This document shows positions 1 to 11,408 of a DNA stretch of 64,000 bases, piece after piece. Every line of letters begins with the position of its first letter. Within the stretch, counting starts at the first letter, position 1. Under the pieces are notes generated by a model. That model had not been told where the DNA came from. It ran no database searches and worked only from the letters and a program-made list of their open reading frames with translations. Where the stretch lies: NCBI GenBank assembly GCA_017854795.1, contig JAFMHB010000001.1, positions 80,606-144,605 of the forward strand. The letters run 5' to 3'. The translations under genes were made by a program, and so were the position numbers. This DNA is from Candidatus Nanopelagicales bacterium (GTDB lineage: Bacteria; Actinomycetota; Actinomycetes; S36-B12).

Positions 1-999
1 CATGCTGAGGGCGAGGTTGGAGACGTCGTCGTTGGCGGAGTTGCCAACCCACCCGGTGAAAGTGTTTGGGATCAGTCTCGATTCATTGAAGTCGATGACT
101 CATTGCGGAAGTTTCTATTGAATGAACCTCGGGGCGGGGTCTTTCGTCATTACAACCTATTGGTACCGCCAAAAAATCCATTGGCCGATATGGGTTTTAT
201 CATTATGGAGCCAGCTGACACTCCTCCCATGTCAGGTTCAAATTCGATTTGTGTGGCGACAGTCGTGTTGGAAACTGGGATCATCGCGATGAAAGAGCCG
301 GTTACCTCATTGGTGCTTGAAGCACCCGGTGGATTGGTGAAGGTAAGCGCTCAGTGTTCGAAGGGAAAGGTCACTTCTGTCACGCTGGAAAACTTACCAA
401 GTTTCGTTGTACATGATCAGGCCTTGATTGAGGTCGCGGGTTACGGGAATGTTGAAGTCACCACTGCCTTTGGCGGAGACAGTTTTGTTATGACCCAAGC
501 GAGCAAACTGGGATTTGAATTAGTTCCCAGCGAGGCAGCCGAGTTGGCTCGACTCGGCATGCTGTTGCGCACGGCGGCAAATGAACAACTGGAATTTGTA
601 CACCCACACCTTCCTGATTGGAAACACCATTCATTTGCCTACCTCACGGGTGAGTTGGGTCGTACTGATTCTGGCGAGCTCACCTCAACGAATGTTTGCG
701 TGATTAATCCGGGGAAACTTGACCGCTCTCCAACGGGAACGGGTGTGAGCGCTCTCATGGCCGTAATGCATGCGCGGGGATTAATGTCTGTAGGCGAATC
801 ATTTGTTGGCCGCAGCATTATCGGATCTGCATTTCGTGGTCACATACTTTCCGAGACGGTCGTGGGTGATCATGCTGCGATCATTCCAACAATTAGCGGC
901 CAGGGATACATCTACGGAACCAGTCAGTTTTATGTTGATCCCAGTGATCCATGGCCCCTGGGTTACCGTGTTGGTGACACATGGCCGAACGCAAACTAA
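1..999 (+). CDS. Proline racemase-family protein, Ser/Thr active-site type (5' truncated by window)
   Basis: Frame open from base 1 (HAEGEVGDVV...); EPRG motif; MSGSN and DRSPTGTG in place of MCGH/DRSPCGTG. Confidence 0.9.
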   Translation, partial: HAEGEVGDVVVGGVANPPGESVWDQSRFIEVDDSLRKFLLNEPRGGVFRHYNLLVPPKNPLADMGFIIMEPADTPPMSGSNSICVATVVLETGIIAMKEPVTSLVLEAPGGLVKVSAQCSKGKVTSVTLENLPSFVVHDQALIEVAGYGNVEVTTAFGGDSFVMTQASKLGFELVPSEAAELARLGMLLRTAANEQLEFVHPHLPDWKHHSFAYLTGELGRTDSGELTSTNVCVINPGKLDRSPTGTGVSALMAVMHARGLMSVGESFVGRSIIGSAFRGHILSETVVGDHAAIIPTISGQGYIYGTSQFYVDPSDPWPLGYRVGDTWPNAN

Positions 1000-1081
1000 A
1001 CATTTACATTCCTCTTACTTTGTGGCAAAGACTCCCGTATTTATTTCTGTTGCAATTGAAGTAACAGAAAAGGAGTCAATC

Positions 1082-1615
1082 ATGAGAAACATGATGAGTG
1101 GGTCAAAGAAATTTATGGCAGCTGCTGGAGCGGCGCTAATTATCGGATCTGTACTTGGTGGAATTTCAACTTCAGCGCAGGCAGCAACAAAGCCGGATGC
1201 CGCAGCCTTGCAGTACATGGTCGCCGAAGAAAAATTGGCACATGACGTGTATGTAACACTCGGTGAGGAATATGGAGTTCGAGTTTTTTCCAATATTGCT
1301 CGAAGTGAAACACAACACCAGAGTTCAGTAGCAAAATTACTGGATCTCTACGGAATCAAGAATCCAACGCTCAATGACAAAGTTGGAGTTTTTGACGACC
1401 CGAAGTTACAGAACCTCTATGACGACTTAATCGCAAAGGGAATGTTGTCCCTGCAGGACGCCCTTGAAGTGGGGGTATTGGTTGAGAAGACAGACATTGC
1501 CGACCTTAAGGAAATCCTGGCGGGGAACGAGCCTGCTGAAGTTGATCGCGTTTTGACTCAACTCCTCAAGGCTTCTTACAACCACTTGGCTGCATTTGAA
1601 CGTCAGCTTAAGTAA
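1082..1615 (+). CDS. Secreted ferritin-like DUF2202-type protein
   Basis: AAGGAG SD before ATG 1082; signal peptide ending AQA; EEKLAHDVY, NIARSETQH and SYNHL motifs. Confidence 0.8.
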   Translation: MRNMMSGSKKFMAAAGAALIIGSVLGGISTSAQAATKPDAAALQYMVAEEKLAHDVYVTLGEEYGVRVFSNIARSETQHQSSVAKLLDLYGIKNPTLNDKVGVFDDPKLQNLYDDLIAKGMLSLQDALEVGVLVEKTDIADLKEILAGNEPAEVDRVLTQLLKASYNHLAAFERQLK

Positions 1616-1632
1616 ACGAAATTTCACATAGT

Positions 1633-1666
1633 GAGCCCTTGATCGCCCTCGGGTGATTGAGGGCTC
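1633..1666 (+). terminator. Stem-loop, probable terminator
   Basis: GAGCCCTTGATCGCCC-TC-GGGTGATTGAGGGCTC just after the stop codon; no long U tract. Confidence 0.6.
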
Positions 1667-1733
1667 AACTATTCAGTAGAGTAGGGCCGCACTAATTGGT
1701 GCACAATCATTTATCTCTTACAAGGAGACATGC

Positions 1734-3230
1734 GTGAGCACTGCGCCTCCCTCACAATTCGATCAGTCTGCCAACAATTCTGGGGTTTCCGCTCCTGACC
1801 CCAACCGTTGGCGCGCACTAGTTGTGATCGCGATCGCCCAGTTAATGGTTGTCCTCGACGCTTCAATTGTGAATATTGCACTTCCCAGCATGCAGGCCGA
1901 TCTTGGGATCAGTGACGCGGACCGTCAATGGGTGGTCACCGCCTACACACTTGCATTTGGGGGACTCCTTCTCCTAGGAGGGCGGATCGCTGACTTCCAA
2001 GGACGCAAGCGAATGTTCATCGTCGGGCTGATTGGTTTTGCAGCAGCTTCGGCTCTGGGTGGCGTTTCTGTTAATGCGGAAATGCTCTTTGCCGCCCGTG
2101 GATTGCAAGGCGTCTTTGCGGCTCTACTTGCCCCAGCGGCCCTGAGTTTGATCTCGGTTACGTTTACCGAGTCTAAGGAACGGGCAAAAGCCTTTGGTGT
2201 TTATGGCGCACTTTCTGGTGCTGGCGCAGCAATTGGGCTGGTACTAGGTGGAATTCTGACCGAATATGCCTCATGGCACTGGACGCTCCTGGTCAACGTG
2301 CCCATTGCACTGATCGCAGTCTTCCTTGGTCTCGCGTATGTTAAAGAAAGTCGGGCAACGGGGGATACAAAATATGACATCCCGGGCGCAATTACGGCGA
2401 CCCTTGGACTCGTTTCGTTGGTGTACGGAATCACCAAGGCCGAGTCAGAAGGTTGGACGGGTGGAAGCACCCTGTTCTTCATCGGCGCATCTATCGTGTT
2501 GTTGGTTGTCTTCTTCTTTATTGAGAGTCGGTCCAGTCACCCATTGCTGCCGCTGGCAATTATTAAGAATCGTAATCGCGGCGGTGCCTATCTCGCTAGT
2601 TTCTTTGTGGGTATAGGGCTTTTTGCCATGTTCCTTTTCTTGACCTACTTCTTCCAAATCGTGTTGGGTTACACGCCACTCAAAGCTGGCCTGCTATTCC
2701 TTCCCTTCTCGGCCGGTGTGATCGTCAGCGCGGGTATTGCAAGTCAATTGCTCCCGCGTTTCGGCCCGCGCTATGTGACTTTCAGTGGGTTCATTTTGGC
2801 AACTGTTGGAATGCTGTTGCTGACCCAATTGGGCGCCGCAAGTTCCTACTGGCCGAACATCTTGCCAGCACTGATCATTATTAGCCTCGGCATGGGCTTG
2901 ATCTTCGTACCACTTTCGGCAACGGCGCTATTCGCAGTGGGGAATCATGATGCAGGTGTTGCATCAGCCGTACTGAACACCAGTCAGCAAATCGGTGGCT
3001 CAATTGGTATCGCATTTTTGAACACGATCGCTACGAGCGCTACGGCCGCGTACGTGATTGCAAACAACGTCGATCCATTTGACGCGAATGCGCAAGTTGA
3101 AGGCTACGTTGATGCATTCATGTGGGGCGCAGGCATCTTGGCGCTGGCCGGAATCATCTGGGTGGTTTTGGTTAAAGTGTCCAAGAAGGACATGGCCGCA
3201 GGGGATGAGGCGGCAGTCGTCCATGTCTAG
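1734..3230 (+). CDS. DHA2 (EmrB/QacA-like) MFS efflux transporter
   Basis: LDASIVNIALP, WVVTAYTLAFGGLLLLGGRIAD..GRKR; about 14 hydrophobic segments; AAGGAG SD. Confidence 0.92.
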   Translation: MSTAPPSQFDQSANNSGVSAPDPNRWRALVVIAIAQLMVVLDASIVNIALPSMQADLGISDADRQWVVTAYTLAFGGLLLLGGRIADFQGRKRMFIVGLIGFAAASALGGVSVNAEMLFAARGLQGVFAALLAPAALSLISVTFTESKERAKAFGVYGALSGAGAAIGLVLGGILTEYASWHWTLLVNVPIALIAVFLGLAYVKESRATGDTKYDIPGAITATLGLVSLVYGITKAESEGWTGGSTLFFIGASIVLLVVFFFIESRSSHPLLPLAIIKNRNRGGAYLASFFVGIGLFAMFLFLTYFFQIVLGYTPLKAGLLFLPFSAGVIVSAGIASQLLPRFGPRYVTFSGFILATVGMLLLTQLGAASSYWPNILPALIIISLGMGLIFVPLSATALFAVGNHDAGVASAVLNTSQQIGGSIGIAFLNTIATSATAAYVIANNVDPFDANAQVEGYVDAFMWGAGILALAGIIWVVLVKVSKKDMAAGDEAAVVHV

Positions 3231-3299
3231 CAGCACAGGTAGTCAAGTTTTTTCTGACTAATCGTGTAAACCAAGGAGTAGATACGGTACGTTTCGGAT

Positions 3300-3833
3300 A
3301 TGTCCCACAGGTCGCGCCTAACCCTGATTGGGTCAGTGTTGCTTGTTTTGGGAATTATCGCGCACTCGACGGCTGCCGGCTCAATTTCAATCATGGGTTT
3401 TGGAATCGCAGTTTTACTGGGATTTGGATGTGCTATTCCCATTTCGCGCGGTGCACTTAAACGAGTTCCACTCGTAGTGTCGATTTTTGGAACCGAGTTA
3501 CTTATCCACATGGCCTTGTCGGTGACCCCACATTCCGTTGGGCATTCGAGTGCAGGTGGTTTCATGCCTTCGGCCGCAATGCTGTTCTGGCATGGTCTCG
3601 CAGCGGTCATTGCAATGAGCGCGATTGTGTTCTTGGACTCGCTCTATGCGGCATGGGCTCGAATGGTCGCCGCGATCATTGGCGGGATTTACATCACGGT
3701 CATCCCGGAGCTTGGCATTGACAGCGTGTCTACGGGGAGTGACTCTGAATTCACGCAGGAATACTTAGTAAGAACAGATGTCTCGCGGGGGCCGCCTTTG
3801 TGCTCCCGCACTGTATACGCACTTTGTGCGTAA
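3300..3833 (+). CDS. His-containing multi-TM membrane protein with C-terminal RGPP motif (candidate arrest-peptide leader)
   Basis: About 4 hydrophobic segments with His (IAH, ELLIH, FWHGLAA); RGPP at 3786-3797; TACGTT-N6-ATG leaderless start. Confidence 0.7.
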   Translation: MSHRSRLTLIGSVLLVLGIIAHSTAAGSISIMGFGIAVLLGFGCAIPISRGALKRVPLVVSIFGTELLIHMALSVTPHSVGHSSAGGFMPSAAMLFWHGLAAVIAMSAIVFLDSLYAAWARMVAAIIGGIYITVIPELGIDSVSTGSDSEFTQEYLVRTDVSRGPPLCSRTVYALCA

Positions 3834-3877
3834 GACCCTTCTGTTCAATACTTATTCAAACTTATTTGAGGATTCTT

Positions 3878-4504
3878 GTGAAAAAAATCGTATCAATATT
3901 GTCAATTTCAGCTGTACTCCTTGTTGGTTCTAGCGGACTTGGGGCAGCAAATGCTGTTTCAGCGCCAAAGCCAGGTTCAACCTGTGCCATTAATCCAGCT
4001 ATGACCGGTGGCTCAGTAATTGTGAAAGACAAATCCTACGTCTGTCTACCCACCGCTCGTTGGTCAAAAGCCCTTCCTAAAAGTTCATCACCATTGAAGA
4101 CCAAAGACATGTGGGTGAAGATCGCGGACAGTGGGATGACTGCCGCATTTGGCATGATTACGAATCCGACTAAGAAAGACATTCGGATAATTGCGGCTCG
4201 ATCAAACGCGTTTTCAACACTTGATCAGTTGCACCAGATGACGATGAACGCCGAGGGCACGATGGTCATGCAACAACTTGCGACCGGCTTATTGATCCCT
4301 GCAGGAAAAACGGTTGAGCTCAAGCCGGGTGGGGATCACATAATGTTCATGAACTTGAAAAAGCCAATAACCGCCGGAACCATGGTGCCAATTATGTTGA
4401 TTGGTTCAAACGCCGAGCAACTTCGCTTTAGGGCATTAGGCAAGGTCTTCGCTGGTGCCAATGAGTCGTATGACCCAGCACATTCCGGCATGTCAGGGAT
4501 GTAA
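3878..4504 (+). CDS. Copper chaperone PCu(A)C family
   Basis: GAGGA SD then GTG; signal peptide; LHQM..M..M, ELKPGGDHIMF motif; Met/His-rich tail HSGMSGM. Confidence 0.88.
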   Translation: MKKIVSILSISAVLLVGSSGLGAANAVSAPKPGSTCAINPAMTGGSVIVKDKSYVCLPTARWSKALPKSSSPLKTKDMWVKIADSGMTAAFGMITNPTKKDIRIIAARSNAFSTLDQLHQMTMNAEGTMVMQQLATGLLIPAGKTVELKPGGDHIMFMNLKKPITAGTMVPIMLIGSNAEQLRFRALGKVFAGANESYDPAHSGMSGM

Positions 4505-4508
4505 ATCA

Positions 4509-5708
4509 ATGGCCACCAACGGGATTACCCGTCGAGGCCTCTTCGCATTCACCGGTGCCGCAATCGTTGGCGGCGCCGGTGGATACGCACTCGGCGGTAT
4601 TAGTGCGAATGAGAGCCCATTAATTGCTCAACCTGTGACTAAGGAGTCCAGTTCGACCGCGAAGATTAAGACGCCTTTTTATGGTGTGCACCAAGCAGGT
4701 GTAGAAACGACTGCCCAGGTGTACACAAAATTCCTTGGGCTCAACGTAAACGATCCCAGCAGGGATGCTCTAGAAGCCATTGGGCGGATTCTCACGGATG
4801 ACGCTGCTCGTCTAACGCAAGGCGAAGGTGCACTGGGTGATACTGAGCCCGAGATTGCCGCAAACCCGGCTCGATTGAGTATCACATTGGGATTGGGTCG
4901 ATCATTCATCAAGGAACTTGGTATTGACATTCCTACTTCTTTCCCCGAGATACCAGCGTTTAAGACGGATGCATTGGATGCTCAGTGGGGGCAGAGTGAT
5001 CTTGTAGTCCAGATTGGCTCTGATGATCCGCTGACCCTTTCCCACGCGCATCGGATGATTACGAAAGACTTGTCTACGTTAACCACGACCGCATGGGTGC
5101 AGTCGGGCTTTTTGTCACCCACACCCGCTACGGCAGGTGGTACGGCAAGTCGAAATCAAATGGGTCAGGTCGATGGAACGATTAACCCGACCCTTGATCA
5201 ATATGCTCAAGCCGTTTGGATTGATGACGGTTCTTGGGCTGACGGTGGAACCGTTTTGGTGCTGCGAAGGATCCGCATGTTGATGGACGACTGGGATGTA
5301 TTGGATCGCAGTGCCAAAGAGATAGTTGTCGGGCGTTCAATAGAAACAGGTGCTCCGCTGACGGGGGTTGACCAAAGTGACCCCGTTGACTTTGATGCTC
5401 TTGGCTCGGACGGTCTGCCGGTTATTTCACGAAATGCGCATATCCGGGTGGCGCACGCAGCATCAATCGAAGAGATGATTTTACGCCGTCCCTACAACTA
5501 CAACGTTGAGCTGGCCGACGGTTCCATTGACGTGGGGTTACTTTTTGCGGCGTATACAAAGAATCCCACTAAGTCATTTATTCCTATGCAGGATCGAATC
5601 GCGCAATCAGATGCGATGAATAGGTGGGTCACCACGATTGGTTCGGCCGCCTATTTAATTTTGCCGGGTGTATCAGAAGGCGAATTCCTTGGTGAGGTGT
5701 TGATCTAA
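4509..5708 (+). CDS. Tat-exported Dyp-type peroxidase (class A, DtpA/EfeB-like)
   Basis: TRRGLF Tat signal; PFYGVHQAGV; GQVDGT (GxxDG); AHIRVA; ILRRPYNY. Confidence 0.92.
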   Translation: MATNGITRRGLFAFTGAAIVGGAGGYALGGISANESPLIAQPVTKESSSTAKIKTPFYGVHQAGVETTAQVYTKFLGLNVNDPSRDALEAIGRILTDDAARLTQGEGALGDTEPEIAANPARLSITLGLGRSFIKELGIDIPTSFPEIPAFKTDALDAQWGQSDLVVQIGSDDPLTLSHAHRMITKDLSTLTTTAWVQSGFLSPTPATAGGTASRNQMGQVDGTINPTLDQYAQAVWIDDGSWADGGTVLVLRRIRMLMDDWDVLDRSAKEIVVGRSIETGAPLTGVDQSDPVDFDALGSDGLPVISRNAHIRVAHAASIEEMILRRPYNYNVELADGSIDVGLLFAAYTKNPTKSFIPMQDRIAQSDAMNRWVTTIGSAAYLILPGVSEGEFLGEVLI

Positions 5709-5784
5709 AGCAAGACGTTGCACCAGGTTGCACTAACCTTTGCCGGTTGCCCTTATTAATTAGGCCGGTAAAACAGGAAAGAAG

Positions 5785-6630
5785 GTGCGCGTGGCAGCGC
5801 TGCTCGCACTTATCTCTAGTTTGTCGTGGGGCGTAGCCGACTTTCTGGGTGGACTTGCCGCTCGGCGTGCCGGTGCTACTCAAGTACTCGCTGTCTCTTA
5901 CCCTTCCGGCGCCATCGCAATCACTTTCCTGGCGATCTTTGTTGTTCCCGGAACATTAAGTAGCGACCTCATTGGTATCTCGCTACTCGCAGGTTTAGTT
6001 GGCACGATTGCGATTACGTTGCTCTATGCAGCCTTGGTCCGTGGCCAAATGGGAGTTGTCTCGCCCATAACGGCCGTGATGAGCGGCGCCGTTCCTGTTG
6101 TGGTCGGACTGTTTCGAGGAGAGCAGCCATCAGCGTATGCCTTCGCAGGTATGGGACTGGCCGTAATTGCAGTCGTACTGGTGAGTCGCGAGTCGGCGCA
6201 CCATCATGGAAGAACACCGATTTTTGCAATCGGCTTGGCGATCGCATCTGGGATTGCTATCGGTTTTTACCTCACCATTATTGGACTGGCGCCTGTTGAT
6301 TCAGGTGTGTGGGTTGCAACCCTGGGACGCTGGTTCTCGACGATCATCATGATCACGTTCGTCGTAGTGGTCGTTCGGTCGTTCAATAAGTCAACTTTTC
6401 CCTGGAAACTTGCGATAATCACCGGAGTTCTCGACTCGACTGCAAACGGCCTCTTCCAATTGGCGAGCCAACGTGGACTTCTGTCCATTGTCGCTGTACT
6501 TGGTTCGCTGTACCCAGCGGCAACGGTTGTCCTTGCTCGAGTGGTGATCAAGGAGCGCATGAATCGATTGCAAAGTGTGGGTGTATTAATGGCCCTAGGT
6601 GCTGCCGTCTTGCTCGCGTTTAATTCCTAG
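5785..6630 (+). CDS. EamA/DMT-family transporter
   Basis: WGVADFLGG, MGVVSPI, SLYPAATVVLA..ER motifs; about 10 TM segments. Confidence 0.88.
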   Translation: MRVAALLALISSLSWGVADFLGGLAARRAGATQVLAVSYPSGAIAITFLAIFVVPGTLSSDLIGISLLAGLVGTIAITLLYAALVRGQMGVVSPITAVMSGAVPVVVGLFRGEQPSAYAFAGMGLAVIAVVLVSRESAHHHGRTPIFAIGLAIASGIAIGFYLTIIGLAPVDSGVWVATLGRWFSTIIMITFVVVVVRSFNKSTFPWKLAIITGVLDSTANGLFQLASQRGLLSIVAVLGSLYPAATVVLARVVIKERMNRLQSVGVLMALGAAVLLAFNS

Positions 6631-6639
6631 TTGACGTAA

Positions 6640-6867
6640 TTAAAGTGACTTCATCGCTTTTCGAATATAAATGAAGAAGACAATATTGGCAGTTGCTAGT
6701 GCAATGAAAACCGCGGACATGAGCCCCCAACCTTGGGCTGATCCGATAATGAATGCGGCCCCGGCAAAAAATACTGCAGCAAAAATTTGCAGGGTTGCGG
6801 AGAAGCGAAGTTTGCGTAATTCCCGAACCTTGAAGTCGGTGTGAGGTTTTTCATCTTCCGGATTCAT
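6640..6867 (-). CDS. Small 2-TM hypothetical membrane protein
   Basis: 75-aa ORF directly downstream of oxyR, two hydrophobic helices, fills the gap. Confidence 0.6.
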   Translation of the reverse strand: MNPEDEKPHTDFKVRELRKLRFSATLQIFAAVFFAGAAFIIGSAQGWGLMSAVFIALATANIVFFIYIRKAMKSL

Positions 6868-6876
6868 ACGGAGATC

Positions 6877-7800
6877 TTACTCAGTGTGCGGAGCCAAGAT
6901 TGGCATGAGCAATTGTTTGATAATTGCTGAGAGTTCAAATAGTCGATCCTTCTGGACTGCATTTTTACTCCAAGCCAAGCCGATTGTGCGAAATGGTTGA
7001 GGATCCGCGATGCTCGCTATCGCAATACCTGTACCGATTCGGGCTTCGAGTTCAACAGCGCACTCGGGGAGAAGAGTTACTCCGTTGCCGGCGGCCACCA
7101 TTTGACACACCGTGGCAAGCCCAGCTGCGCCTACATCATAGGTATTCGAAATCTTGGCGTTTGCGCAAATCTCTTCGGCTTGACCGCGGAGGCAGTGACC
7201 ATCTTCAATTAAAAGCACAGGGAATTCGTTAACGTCACCGAGGTCGATTCCGGTTGACCCAGCCCAAGGGTGGTCGATAGGAACTGCGAGGTGAAATGTG
7301 TCGGTGAAGAGTTCCAAAGTTTCAATGTCAGAGGGTGCGATGGGAAGCGCGAGAAGGGCTATGTCAATTGAGTGGTCACGCAATGAATTAAGAAGGACGT
7401 CCGTGCGTTGTTCTGAAAGTTGAAGGGAGATTGTGCTGCCAAGGCCGGCAACTATTTTGGGCAACAAATATGGGGCAAGCGTTGGGATAGCACCCAACCG
7501 CAGGACCGAGTCAACTCCGTGTGGTGCTGATGCTGTGGTGAAATCAGCGAGGGCTTCAAGTGCGCGTCGGGCGAATGGGATTAGGGATGCCCCGACCGAG
7601 GTGAGTTCGACACCTCGGGATCCTCGCTGAAGTAGGGGGAAACCAAGCGCAGCTTCCAAATCCCGTATTTGGACGCTGACCGCGGGTTGGCTGATGCCAA
7701 GCGCATTGGCGGCGGCACCAAAACTGCCCTCCTGGGTTACTGCAACGAAGGCTCGAAGTTGGGGGTAGGTCGGGTGCCATTTTCGGCGATCAAAGTCCAT
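6877..7800 (-). CDS. oxyR: OxyR, H2O2-sensing LysR regulator
   Basis: LysR HTH; GAIPTLAPYLLP; EDGHCLRGQAEEIC with both redox Cys; divergent from katG. Confidence 0.9.
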   Translation of the reverse strand: MDFDRRKWHPTYPQLRAFVAVTQEGSFGAAANALGISQPAVSVQIRDLEAALGFPLLQRGSRGVELTSVGASLIPFARRALEALADFTTASAPHGVDSVLRLGAIPTLAPYLLPKIVAGLGSTISLQLSEQRTDVLLNSLRDHSIDIALLALPIAPSDIETLELFTDTFHLAVPIDHPWAGSTGIDLGDVNEFPVLLIEDGHCLRGQAEEICANAKISNTYDVGAAGLATVCQMVAAGNGVTLLPECAVELEARIGTGIAIASIADPQPFRTIGLAWSKNAVQKDRLFELSAIIKQLLMPILAPHTE

Positions 7801-7814
7801 AACTTCAGATTATG
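7798..7814. promoter_or_regulatory. Putative OxyR/LysR box overlapping the leaderless oxyR -10
   Basis: CATAA-CTTCAGA-TTATG (ATAA-N7-TTAT) inverted repeat; minus strand reads TAATCT-N6-ATG. Confidence 0.55.
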
Positions 7815-7871
7815 CTACATAAAATTTTATTCATTAGACTTATGGGAAATTGTGAGCCAGAATGTAGGTAA

Positions 7872-10094
<2,223 letters not shown>

Positions 10095-10122
10095 ATAGTT
10101 CACGCCATCAAGTTGATGGGTT

Positions 10123-10164
10123 AATGGTCGCCGTGGGTGAAATACTCACGGCGACCATTTTTTT
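10123..10164 (+). terminator. Intrinsic terminator after katG
   Basis: AATGGTCGCCGTGGGT-GAAAT-ACTCACGGCGACCATT followed by T run. Confidence 0.85.
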
Positions 10165-10183
10165 GTTGGCACGTATTTACCGG

Positions 10184-10888
10184 TTAAGCATCCAGTTCTG
10201 GTTCTTCATCGGTTTCGATTACCGTCTTTGCTCCGGCAAGAACACCGACTGCTTTTAGGCCATAGGCCACAAAGGGGCCGACGAGCACTGCAAAGAGAAC
10301 TGTTCCAATTCCCACTGTTCCACCAAGGAACCAGCCAACGGTTAAGGCGCCAATTTCAATACCCAAACGCACCCGGGCAACAGGCCATCCAGTGCGAAAG
10401 TGAATTCCGGTCATCATGCCGTCACGGGGCCCCGGGCCCAAGTTCGTGGTCAGGTACAACCCGCTACCAATTCCCACACATGCGATCCCCGCGATCACAA
10501 CGAGGAATTTCACAACTGTGTTTGTCGGATGCGGCAGGATCGTGCTCATCACTTGAAGTGCCGTTGCAATCACGATCGCATTGGCAATAGTGCCAAGACC
10601 TGGGCGTTCCTTCAACGGAATCCAGGCGAGGAGTACAACAACGCTAATAATGAATGTGGTTGCCCCAATACTCAGCCCGGTCCTGACATTGAGGCCTTGA
10701 GCGAAGACGGTCCAGGGGCCAACTCCAAGATCTGAAATGATCAGCAGTGCCTCGCCCGTACCGAAAATCCACAACCCAATAATCAGAATCGCTAGGGTGC
10801 TGGGCTTGGAACTCCAGCGTGATTCTGAGCGCCACCGGGTAACCGGAACACTTCGCGATGGGGTGAGGAATCCTGGTAAAAATGGCAT
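10184..10888 (-). CDS. YczE/YyaS/YitT-family membrane protein
   Basis: LGVGPWTVF, ERPGLGT, LGPGPRDGMM, LGGTVGIGT motifs; start uncertain (10888 or 10909). Confidence 0.85.
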   Translation of the reverse strand: MPFLPGFLTPSRSVPVTRWRSESRWSSKPSTLAILIIGLWIFGTGEALLIISDLGVGPWTVFAQGLNVRTGLSIGATTFIISVVVLLAWIPLKERPGLGTIANAIVIATALQVMSTILPHPTNTVVKFLVVIAGIACVGIGSGLYLTTNLGPGPRDGMMTGIHFRTGWPVARVRLGIEIGALTVGWFLGGTVGIGTVLFAVLVGPFVAYGLKAVGVLAGAKTVIETDEEPELDA

Positions 10889-10928
10889 TTTTTGCTCGTG
10901 AACTCCCAAATTGGGTTAGGTTGTTACG

Positions 10929-11408
10929 GTGTTGTTATCAAAATCAGGTCCGACCGCACGGGGACTAATTGTGCTGGCGCTAGTAGGAACTCTAGTGACC
11001 GCATGTGGTGGGGGCGGTGACACAGCAGATACTTCACCTGATGCACCAAATACCGTCGAAGTCATAGGGACTCAACAACTCATGATCGACCAAGAGATCA
11101 CGGTTCTTGATCAAAAGTTGGTGTATCCCAAAAAGGGTGTTGCGCAAGTGTCCAGTGCAATCACGACACTAGAACCCGGTCAGGAAACCGGTTGGCAGTT
11201 GCACCCGGTCCCCACATTTGTTTATGTTCTCAGCGGCACTTACACCGTCGAGTATGAAGCCGGTGTCACCAAGGAATTTCCAGCTGGTAGTTCAACAATG
11301 CAGGCCGTGAAGACCAATTACAACGGGATCAATAAGGGTGAAGATACCGTTCAACTGCTCACCGTGTTCATGGGAGCGAAGGGAAAAAGAAATACCGTGA
11401 TGCGTTAA
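10929..11408 (+). CDS. Cupin-domain lipoprotein
   Basis: Lipobox-like VTAC; LEPGQETGWQLHPVPTFVYVLSG; TAGGTT-N6-GTG start. Confidence 0.75.
   Translation: MLLSKSGPTARGLIVLALVGTLVTACGGGGDTADTSPDAPNTVEVIGTQQLMIDQEITVLDQKLVYPKKGVAQVSSAITTLEPGQETGWQLHPVPTFVYVLSGTYTVEYEAGVTKEFPAGSSTMQAVKTNYNGINKGEDTVQLLTVFMGAKGKRNTVMR

Noticed and set aside
803..1081. N-terminal extensions in the ORF track (also at 3800, 4455, 11811, 15969, 24771, 33046, 47555)
   Set aside because: They overlap neighbouring genes; downstream starts with SD or stop-start coupling fit the family N-termini better.
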